In this document: piece by piece, positions 51,740-59,441 of the stretch
Layout of the letters: every line of letters starts with the position of its first letter
Numbering within the stretch: the first letter of the stretch is position 1
From: Paracoccaceae bacterium
GTDB lineage: Bacteria > Pseudomonadota > Alphaproteobacteria > Rhodobacterales > Rhodobacteraceae
DNA: 64,000 bases
Reading direction: 5' to 3'
Assembly: GCA_902633655.1 (NCBI GenBank)
Contig: CACPHA010000001.1
Coordinates: 1,263 to 65,262 of the forward strand
Program-made: the position numbers and the translations under genes
Notes under the pieces: model-generated
Told to the model about the DNA's origin: nothing
What the model saw: only the letters and a program-made list of their open reading frames with translations
The model's database searches: none

Positions 51740-52473
51740 GGGTCTCTAAAGCAATCCTATCGGTCAAGGGCGTCTCCAAACGCTTCGGTGGATTAGTAGC
51801 AGTATCAAATCTGTCTTTTGATGTGGCAGAACACGAAATGGTGGGCATTATTGGCCCAAACGGATCTGGCAAGACAACTATGATGAACATGATCTCAGGT
51901 GTTTTCAAACCAACGGAAGGACGGATCTCCCTACGTGGTCAATTGATCTCAGACTTACCAGCCCAAATTATTTCTCGCTCTGGTGTGGGGCGTACCTTCC
52001 AATTGGTTCGTCTTCTCCCAGGTTTGACCGTTTTAGAAAACGTAATTGCCGGAGCCGTATACGGTCATCGTCGCCGATGGGGAAGTGACGCAGAAGGCTT
52101 TGCGCATGATATGTTAGAACGAGTTGGCATAGATGCTATGAGCTACTCCCCTATTTCTTCACTAACCTACATTGACCAAAAACGAGTGGAACTTGCTCGG
52201 ACGCTCGCAGGAGAACCAGAGGTCCTTTTGCTAGATGAGTGGCTGGCCGGATTGAACCCTACCGAATTGGCAACCGGAATAAAACTAATTCACGCCCTGC
52301 GCGATGAGGGTATAACGGTTGTTTTGGTAGAACACGTTATGGACGCTATACGTTCGTTGTGTGACCGTTGTGTGGTTATATCATCAGGTGCAAAAATTGC
52401 TGAGGGCGCGCCTGATGAGGTGCTTTCAGACAGCGAAGTCATCCGCGCCTATTTGGGAGATGATGATGCTTGA
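51736..52473 (+). CDS. ABC ATPase (LivG-like)
   Basis: GPNGSGKTT Walker A, LLLDEWLAGL Walker B region, and a C-terminal IRAYLG. Confidence 0.9.
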   Translation: MRVSKAILSVKGVSKRFGGLVAVSNLSFDVAEHEMVGIIGPNGSGKTTMMNMISGVFKPTEGRISLRGQLISDLPAQIISRSGVGRTFQLVRLLPGLTVLENVIAGAVYGHRRRWGSDAEGFAHDMLERVGIDAMSYSPISSLTYIDQKRVELARTLAGEPEVLLLDEWLAGLNPTELATGIKLIHALRDEGITVVLVEHVMDAIRSLCDRCVVISSGAKIAEGAPDEVLSDSEVIRAYLGDDDA

Positions 52474-53602
52474 GGTAAAAAATCTCTCTGCAGCTTACAG
52501 CCAACATCCATCGCTGAATGACGTATCGATAAATGTCTTACCTGGTGAAATCGTCGCTATTTTAGGGGCAAATGGCGCAGGTAAATCTACACTTCTGCGT
52601 GCGATAGCGGGAATTTGCGAGGGAACGGTTTCGGGTAAAATAAACTTTGGGGACATCTCACTGGTAGGTCTGTCTTCAGATGAAATCGTTGAAAAAGGCT
52701 TAGCTCTAGTGCCTGAGGGACGTGGTATTTTTGCAGATCTGACAGTCAAGGAAAACCTACTTTTGGGAGCCCACCCAGCCCGAGCGAAGGCAAAGGAAAA
52801 TGAAAACTTACATCGTGTTTTTGAACTATTCCCGAAACTTCAAGAACGCCAACGGCAGGTTGTCCGCACAATGTCAGGCGGTGAACAACAAATGGTTGCT
52901 ATTGGGCGAGCTATGATGTCAGCGCCAATAATACTAATGCTGGACGAACCCTCACTCGGTCTATCGCCGCTTTTGTGCAAAGAACTTTTTCGAAACCTTG
53001 CTCAAATAAAAACCATTGGCATTGGTGTTTTGCTTGTTGAACAAAATGCAAAACAAAGTTTGGCAATCGCCGACCGCGGGTACTTGCTAGAAAACACGCG
53101 TATAACCCATAAAGACTCAGCAGAGCGCCTATTGAATAACCCGGTAGTACAAAAGGCGTATCTTGGTGCCAGTGGCAATATCAAGAAGATCGGCACAACC
53201 ACTGAAATAAAAGCCACGCCAGCCGCGCCTCGGTTCGATACAATGCCAATACCGCAACGCTCTGCCGATCAATATATTGATGGCTCAGTCGATGATTTAG
53301 TTGAGATCGCTGCCAAAATCTCTGCTGAAGTTTCACGGCAGCCTAATGCCGAAACTGTCAATACCGTGGGAAAACTTACGCAATCAAGGATCAAAATCAT
53401 TATCAAAAACATCGAAACCGCTGCTGCTGCTGCCCGAATCCGTCCTAGAGAAGTAGAAAAATCATCGGCCGAAACCGCAAATGCAATACCCACGCAATCT
53501 GGAAGTGATGCCGGCGCCTCCCCAGTATCTATCGAAATCTATAAGAAACCTATAGTCGAAGTTTACCGCCGCCGTCCCACTGGCCAATTCGAAAGAGATT
53601 GA
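52466..53602 (+). CDS. ABC ATPase (LivF-like) with a ~144-aa C-terminal extension of unknown function
   Basis: MLEVKNLSAAY..., GANGAGKST, MSGGEQQM and LMLDEPSLGL. The canonical end ...VQKAYLG falls at 53167, but the frame stays open to 53602. The start is one of the ATGs at 52460, 52463 or 52466, overlapping the livG-like stop. Confidence 0.85.
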   Translation: MLEVKNLSAAYSQHPSLNDVSINVLPGEIVAILGANGAGKSTLLRAIAGICEGTVSGKINFGDISLVGLSSDEIVEKGLALVPEGRGIFADLTVKENLLLGAHPARAKAKENENLHRVFELFPKLQERQRQVVRTMSGGEQQMVAIGRAMMSAPIILMLDEPSLGLSPLLCKELFRNLAQIKTIGIGVLLVEQNAKQSLAIADRGYLLENTRITHKDSAERLLNNPVVQKAYLGASGNIKKIGTTTEIKATPAAPRFDTMPIPQRSADQYIDGSVDDLVEIAAKISAEVSRQPNAETVNTVGKLTQSRIKIIIKNIETAAAAARIRPREVEKSSAETANAIPTQSGSDAGASPVSIEIYKKPIVEVYRRRPTGQFERD

Positions 53603-53603
53603 A

Positions 53604-55079
53604 ATGCTTGATCCACTAAATTCGACCCCAGAAATCAAAGGCCTTTACATCAACGGTCAATGGCAGAGAACCCAGGATCAGTTTGATAGTACAAATCCTT
53701 TTGACGGATCCCTTTGGTCTCGTATTCCAGATGCCGGGCGCACTGAGACGGGACAAGCAATCGAAGCCGCCAATAGTGCTTTTCCAAAATGGTCGAGGTT
53801 AAAGTTTCAGGAACGTGCAGAAATGATGTTAAAAATTGCTGAAGTCATATCAAAACGTGCGCCAGATTTCATTGTCGCCGCGCAGATGGAAGGCGGTGGC
53901 TGGTATGGTAAAGGCGCTTACGAGGTTAAAGCGTTGTCGGAAATTTTCAAATCTGCTGCCGCCGCTTGTTATGCACCAATCGGTGAGGTATTGCCCTCGC
54001 TAAACGGCAAGGTTTCGACTGCAGTTCGAGTGCCGCTGGGTGTTGTGGCGGTTCTGAGCCCATGGAATTTCCCCGGTATTTTGGCAGCGCGACCCTTTTC
54101 TTTCATAATGGCAGCTGGGAACACTGTTGTTCTAAAACCTTCAGAAGAAACACCTTATATGGGTGGAGTTTTCTTTGCAGAGGTGATGGAAGAGGCCGGG
54201 GTTCCACCTGGCGTTTTTAACGTAGTAACCTGTTCACGAGATAAAGTCACTGAGGTCGGTGACGAACTGATCGACAATCCATTGGTGAAAGGTGTTGCAT
54301 TTACTGGATCTACGGCCGTTGGCCGAAGAATTGCAGCTAAGTGCGGCGCTCATCTGAAGAAAGCCTGTATCGAGCTAGGAGGCAAAGACAGTCTAATAGT
54401 GCTGGAAGATGCAGATATGGAGCGTGCTACTAGCGCTGCTAGTTTTGGAGCATTCTTGCATCAGGGTCAAGTTTGTATGAGTGTTGAGAAAGTCCTTGTC
54501 CAAGAAAAAATTTATGATCAATTTCTGCAGGATTTTGTTGCTCGGGCCAGAAAACTGAAAACCGGCAATGTAACCGATAAATCCAATGTTATAGGTCCAT
54601 TAATCAATGATCGCCAAGCAGAGAACGTAAAACATCAACTAGAAGACGCCATAGCAAAAGGTGCTAATTTCGCACTTGGAGGTAACGTGAACGGCCGCTT
54701 TGTTGAACCAACTATCGTTACCCATGTCACACCTAATATGAATATCTGGCGTGATGAAACTTTCGGTCCAGTAGCTGTTGTGGTTCCGTTTCAAACCGAT
54801 GCAGAAGCTATAGCGATGAACAACGACACAGAATACGGCTTATCATCTGGCATAATTACAGCTGACGAATATCGCGCTATGGAAATTGCCCAACGCCTTG
54901 AAACAGGTATGTGTCATGTAAATTGTGCCACTATAAATGATGAGGCTCATGCCCCATTTGGTGGAGCAAAGGCCAGTGGGCAAGGCCGTTATGGTGGTCG
55001 CTGGTCGTTTGAAAATTTTTCCGAAACACGCTGGATCACGATGGATCGTGGCCAGAAACCTTTCCCACCGGTATTTTAA
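53604..55079 (+). CDS. NAD(P)-dependent aldehyde dehydrogenase
   Basis: VLSPWNFP, ELGGKD (catalytic Glu) and HQGQVCMS (catalytic Cys) motifs. Confidence 0.9.
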   Translation: MLDPLNSTPEIKGLYINGQWQRTQDQFDSTNPFDGSLWSRIPDAGRTETGQAIEAANSAFPKWSRLKFQERAEMMLKIAEVISKRAPDFIVAAQMEGGGWYGKGAYEVKALSEIFKSAAAACYAPIGEVLPSLNGKVSTAVRVPLGVVAVLSPWNFPGILAARPFSFIMAAGNTVVLKPSEETPYMGGVFFAEVMEEAGVPPGVFNVVTCSRDKVTEVGDELIDNPLVKGVAFTGSTAVGRRIAAKCGAHLKKACIELGGKDSLIVLEDADMERATSAASFGAFLHQGQVCMSVEKVLVQEKIYDQFLQDFVARARKLKTGNVTDKSNVIGPLINDRQAENVKHQLEDAIAKGANFALGGNVNGRFVEPTIVTHVTPNMNIWRDETFGPVAVVVPFQTDAEAIAMNNDTEYGLSSGIITADEYRAMEIAQRLETGMCHVNCATINDEAHAPFGGAKASGQGRYGGRWSFENFSETRWITMDRGQKPFPPVF

Positions 55080-55081
55080 CA

Positions 55082-55870
55082 ATGCGCAATCTAGTCAAAG
55101 GTAAACGTATTGTGGTAACTGGATCTGCTTCGGGGATCGGTTGGGAAACATCAAGAATTCTGGCAGAGCAAGGTGCCGAAGTTCTTGGCGTAGACGTGAA
55201 CAAAAACTTCGATAACGTAGAAGAATTTTATCGCGCAGACCTTAGCGATCCGCGCGCAATAGATGCTCTGATTGATGTTATGCCTGAAGGTATTGATGGT
55301 TTGGTCAATAACGCAGGTTTACCACCCACAAAAGATGCCAACCTTTTGTTGCGAGTCAACCTTGTCGGACTAAAACGTCTGACTTATGGCATGATAGGTA
55401 AGCTCTCAGATGGCGCTAGTATAGTAAATGTAGCCTCACTTGCAGGCATCGGTTGGCCTCAAGCAGTAAACGCTATAAAAGCATCAGAACATTTGGACTT
55501 TAATAATCTGGATCAGTTCATTGAACAATGGCGAGTATCCTCAGAAGGGGGGCGTAGCTACTTTTTCTCAAAAGAAGCACTCATAGTCTGGACTATGCAA
55601 AACCGCTGGACTTGGCGCGAGCGGGGTATTCGGATGAACGCAGTTAGCCCTGGTCCAGTGGATACGCCAATCCTCAAGGATTTCTTGGAAACGCTTGGCC
55701 AGCGGGCTGAGGAGGATAGAAAAGCAATGGACCGGCCAGGTACGGCCGAGGACATAGCGCCAATTATAATGTTTTTATTATCAGATATGACCACTTGGAT
55801 CCGGGGAGCTAATATTCCTTCAGATGGTGGTATGTCTTCAAACATTCTATGCAACATGCAGGGACTTTAG
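55082..55870 (+). CDS. SDR family oxidoreductase (3-alpha-HSD / coniferyl-alcohol-dehydrogenase-like subgroup)
   Basis: VTGSASGIGWET, NNAG and YFFSK (YxxxK). Starts 2 nt after the ALDH stop. Confidence 0.8.
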   Translation: MRNLVKGKRIVVTGSASGIGWETSRILAEQGAEVLGVDVNKNFDNVEEFYRADLSDPRAIDALIDVMPEGIDGLVNNAGLPPTKDANLLLRVNLVGLKRLTYGMIGKLSDGASIVNVASLAGIGWPQAVNAIKASEHLDFNNLDQFIEQWRVSSEGGRSYFFSKEALIVWTMQNRWTWRERGIRMNAVSPGPVDTPILKDFLETLGQRAEEDRKAMDRPGTAEDIAPIIMFLLSDMTTWIRGANIPSDGGMSSNILCNMQGL

Positions 55871-55883
55871 GGAGGGAGAAAAG

Positions 55884-57404
55884 ATGGGCGTTACAGGCTG
55901 GATCATTCTCATAGTTGTAGTTTTTGCGGTAATCATCGCATTGGCTGCCTGGTGGTACGAGAGAGCTACCAATGAGGTATCTTTACTGAGGACTGGGGTG
56001 GGCGGAAAGCGCGTAGTTATTGACGGTGGCTTGCTTACAGTACCATATTTCCACGAAATTAGCCGAGTCAATATGCAGACTTTGCGTCTAGACATAGATC
56101 GGCGTGGGGAAAGTTCCCTTATCACGCAAGACCGTTTGCGAGTTGATATTGGTGCAGAATTCTATGTCTCCGTCTCACCCAATGAGGAAGCAATCACGCG
56201 AGCAGCTCAAACACTTGGAAAACGTACCTTCAATAGAGATGAGCTTCGAAACTTAATTGACGGGATGATGGTTGATTCTTTGCGCTCGGTCGCCGCTCGC
56301 ATGTCTATGGATGAACTCCACGAAAACCGGACTGAGTTTGTGTCGGAGGTTAGCGATGGCTTGAAAGAAACCCTATCTCGCTATGGTTTACAACTCGACA
56401 GCGTATCTCTGACAGGGTTGGATCAGACACCCTTTTCGGCTTTGGACGAAAATAATGCATTCAATGCGGTTGGCATGCGTAAATTGGCAGAGGTAATTGC
56501 AAAATCTAAGAAAGAAAGAGCAGAGATTGATGCCGATAGCGAAGTGTCAGTTCGTCGGGCATCAATGGAGGCATCGCGTAAGAGACTTGAAATTGATCTG
56601 GAAGAAAGGCGCGCCGAAATAGCTCAACAACAAGAAATCGAAACGCTCGCAGCTGCACAGATCGCAGAAGTTGCAAAGCGAAAAGCAGATAGCGAACGGG
56701 CAGCAACCGAGGCCAAAATTGATATGGAACGCTCCATACAGGCAGCAGAAGTTGAACGAGAGCAGGCCCTGGCCATCGCCGAACAGGACCGGCAGATTGC
56801 CATTTCAGCCAAAAGCCAAGATGAAAGCAAAGCTCAAGCTCAGGCGGATGTAGCGCGGGCAGAGGCCGTTAAATCCGCTCAAGCTGTTGAGACCGCCCGC
56901 GCTTTGGCAGAAGCAGAACGTTTTGCTGCACTCGCTGAAATCTCGGCGCGTTCGGATGCAACAGCTAAGGCTGCACGCGCCGCAATTGAAGCCGAAAGCG
57001 AAAAGGCCACAGCCAGAGACAAAGCCGATGCACGTCGAGAGGAAGCAGAAGCGGAGAAGGCGGTCAAAATGGCAGAGGTGGCAGCTAGCCGGGCAAGAAT
57101 TGATGCCGAAAATACGCGTACGGATGCTCTGGTCGCTCTAGAATTTGAAAAGGTGCGGCTTGAAGCTATGCCAAAAATCATGAGCGAGATGGTAAAGCCG
57201 GCAGAGAAGATAAAATCGATAAACGTTAACCATGTTACTGGTTTAGGTGGTGGAATTGGTGATGGTTCTCCAAAATCCCCTGTAACAACTGCAATGGACT
57301 CCATAATGGAAATGGCAGTGCAATATCCACTTCTTAAAAAAATTGGCGACCAAATGGGCGTCTCTTTTGACGAGGCCTCTGGAAAGAAAAAAGAGGGTGA
57401 ATGA
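55884..57404 (+). CDS. Flotillin / SPFH (band 7) domain membrane protein
   Basis: ATG 55884 follows GGGAGGGAG. It has an N-terminal TM segment (GWIILIVVVFAVIIALAAWW), an SPFH core, and a long Ala/Glu/Arg-rich coiled coil. Confidence 0.85.
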   Translation: MGVTGWIILIVVVFAVIIALAAWWYERATNEVSLLRTGVGGKRVVIDGGLLTVPYFHEISRVNMQTLRLDIDRRGESSLITQDRLRVDIGAEFYVSVSPNEEAITRAAQTLGKRTFNRDELRNLIDGMMVDSLRSVAARMSMDELHENRTEFVSEVSDGLKETLSRYGLQLDSVSLTGLDQTPFSALDENNAFNAVGMRKLAEVIAKSKKERAEIDADSEVSVRRASMEASRKRLEIDLEERRAEIAQQQEIETLAAAQIAEVAKRKADSERAATEAKIDMERSIQAAEVEREQALAIAEQDRQIAISAKSQDESKAQAQADVARAEAVKSAQAVETARALAEAERFAALAEISARSDATAKAARAAIEAESEKATARDKADARREEAEAEKAVKMAEVAASRARIDAENTRTDALVALEFEKVRLEAMPKIMSEMVKPAEKIKSINVNHVTGLGGGIGDGSPKSPVTTAMDSIMEMAVQYPLLKKIGDQMGVSFDEASGKKKEGE

Positions 57405-57459
57405 AGGCTACCAAAAGAACTTATAGCTTATGCCAAGTTGTGTCACCACGACTTAACTC

Positions 57460-57489
57460 ATGATCTAACTTGGTTAATAATTAGATCAT
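57460..57489 (+). promoter_or_regulatory. Perfect 9-bp inverted repeat (ATGATCTAA-N12-TTAGATCAT) upstream of the ACP/ligase/PKS operon
   Basis: Read directly from the sequence. It lies about 150 nt upstream of the ACP start and about 55 nt after the flotillin stop. Confidence 0.3.
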
Positions 57490-57636
57490 CGACCTATAGA
57501 ATATTTTGCAAACTAACGGCATTATAAACCGAAATCTTCGCATTGCGGACTAGACATTTAATTCACACATAGGCTAATCATATTGTCGGTCATAATTTGG
57601 CCGGTAAGACGAGTTAAACACCCTATAGGGAAAAGT

Positions 57637-57885
57637 ATGGACTTACGAAACATTGTTCTTGCCAGACTTGAAAAGGCAGTTGCCGAGCATTCACCGATGC
57701 CGTTTCCCCAAGATATGGAGGACGAAGATGAGTTGGACGTGTTCGGCTTAGATTCATTGGCTTTTATGGGTTTGCTAACAGGCATTGAGAAAGATGTTGG
57801 TTTTATCCCTCGCGCAATCCTGGAAGGTGACCTTTATCCAGAAACTTTCGGCGAGCTTGTTTCTGCTTACGAAAAAGCCGGATGA
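57637..57885 (+). CDS. Stand-alone acyl/aryl carrier protein
   Basis: 82 aa from ATG 57637. FGLDSLAFMGL carries the phosphopantetheine attachment Ser (57754..57756). The stop overlaps the ligase start (ATGA). Confidence 0.75.
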   Translation: MDLRNIVLARLEKAVAEHSPMPFPQDMEDEDELDVFGLDSLAFMGLLTGIEKDVGFIPRAILEGDLYPETFGELVSAYEKAG

Positions 57886-59438
57886 CGATGAAAGCCAGAG
57901 ACTTGCCGACCTATTACAACATGTGTGACATACTCGAGCACAACTTAAAGCATCGCGCAGATAAGACTGCTTTATTGAGCGAGTATGCCTCGCTGACCTT
58001 TCAAGAGGTATCAAACCAAGTGAACCAGGTCGGAAATGCTCTTATCCGAATGGGTGTCCGGTTTGGCGAGTGCGTGGCAATCCTTTGTCCAGATCGGCCA
58101 GAATGGATAACCACTTTCTTTGCAACAGCAAAGATTGGAGGGATTGCTCTTGGAATTAACACATTACTTAAGTCGGAGGAATATGACCACATCCTTAGGG
58201 ATGCGCGTGTCCGGGTGCTGGTTGTCCATGATAGTATGTTGGCTTTAGTCGAACCTATTTTAGGCCTAAACAACACCTTAACCAAGGTTATCGTTGTCGG
58301 AGTGAATGAAGACGCCAATTATAAGAACTTTTCCGACTGGATCGCTCCAGAAACCACCAATCTTGACGCCGAAAAGACGCATCGTGATGATTTTTGCTCA
58401 CTTCATTACTCTAGTGGTACAACGGGTCTACCAAAGGGGGTCTTTCACTCTCACAAAGATTATCCATTAATTGCACAGTTATCAGGCGTGGACCTCTTTG
58501 GTTTAAGTGAAAATGACCGTACATTCTCAGTCGCTAAGCTATTTTTCGTTTATGGGATTGGCGGCAACCTTATCTTTCCTTGGTATGTAGGTGCGAGCTG
58601 TGTCCTGTATGCCGGTGCGCCTCGTCAGGCAGCTGCAGTGCTCAAAACGATTGACAAATTTAAACCAACTATATTTGTTTGTGTTCCAACAGTATATGGG
58701 GCAATTCTTTCTTTGCCTAATTTCGATGAACGCTATGACGTCAGGTCGCTAAGGTTATGCATGTCTGCAGGCGAACCTCTTCCCAAGCGGCTTTGGTATG
58801 CTTGGAAAAATGCGACCGGGATTGAAATCCTTGACACGATTGGTTGCACAGAAACCTATCACACATTTATGGCTAATCGACCGGAGGAATTGCGTCCTGG
58901 CAGCAGCGGTAAGCCAATTGGGGGCTATAATGTAAGGCTTGTTGACGATAACGGTGAAGATGTCCCTCAGGGGGTGGTTGGCAATCTTATGGTGCGTGGG
59001 GAAACAACAGCACTTTTTTACCTTCATCAATCGGAAAAAACACGCCAGACCTTTCGAGGGGAATGGCTCTTAACGGGCGATCAGTATCTGAAAGATGAAA
59101 GTGGGTATTATTGGCATCAGGGACGGGCCGATGATATGCTAAAAGTCGGCGGGCTCTGGGTCTCGCCTTTGGAAATCGAAGAGGTGTTAAACGGGCATGA
59201 ATTTGTCACTGATTGTGCAGTAGTTGGGCATTATGACGATGCAGGACTTGTAAAACCAAAGGCTTTTGTTTGTCTCCGGAATGGCATTACCCCTTGTGAT
59301 CATGTGCTAGGACAACTTCTTAAATTATGTGCCAAAAAACTCGATGCTCATAGTCGCCCAAGGTGGCTTGAATTTATTGATGATCTACCGCGGACTGCAA
59401 CAGGCAAAATACAGCGTTTCAAACTGCGAGAGCATTAG
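57882..59438 (+). CDS. AMP-dependent adenylating enzyme (benzoate/4-hydroxybenzoate-CoA-ligase-like)
   Basis: YSSGTTGLPKGV (A3), GEPLP, GDQYLKDESGYYWHQGRADDMLKVGGLWVSPLEIE (A8) and PRTATGKIQRFKL (A10). Confidence 0.85.
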   Translation: MTMKARDLPTYYNMCDILEHNLKHRADKTALLSEYASLTFQEVSNQVNQVGNALIRMGVRFGECVAILCPDRPEWITTFFATAKIGGIALGINTLLKSEEYDHILRDARVRVLVVHDSMLALVEPILGLNNTLTKVIVVGVNEDANYKNFSDWIAPETTNLDAEKTHRDDFCSLHYSSGTTGLPKGVFHSHKDYPLIAQLSGVDLFGLSENDRTFSVAKLFFVYGIGGNLIFPWYVGASCVLYAGAPRQAAAVLKTIDKFKPTIFVCVPTVYGAILSLPNFDERYDVRSLRLCMSAGEPLPKRLWYAWKNATGIEILDTIGCTETYHTFMANRPEELRPGSSGKPIGGYNVRLVDDNGEDVPQGVVGNLMVRGETTALFYLHQSEKTRQTFRGEWLLTGDQYLKDESGYYWHQGRADDMLKVGGLWVSPLEIEEVLNGHEFVTDCAVVGHYDDAGLVKPKAFVCLRNGITPCDHVLGQLLKLCAKKLDAHSRPRWLEFIDDLPRTATGKIQRFKLREH

Positions 59439-59441
59439 CCA

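Noticed and set aside
56879-57304. 141-aa minus-strand ORF rich in Ala/Ser/Arg
   Set aside because: It is antisense to the Ala/Glu/Arg-rich coiled coil of flotillin. Such low-complexity GC-biased repeats keep the opposite strand open by chance.
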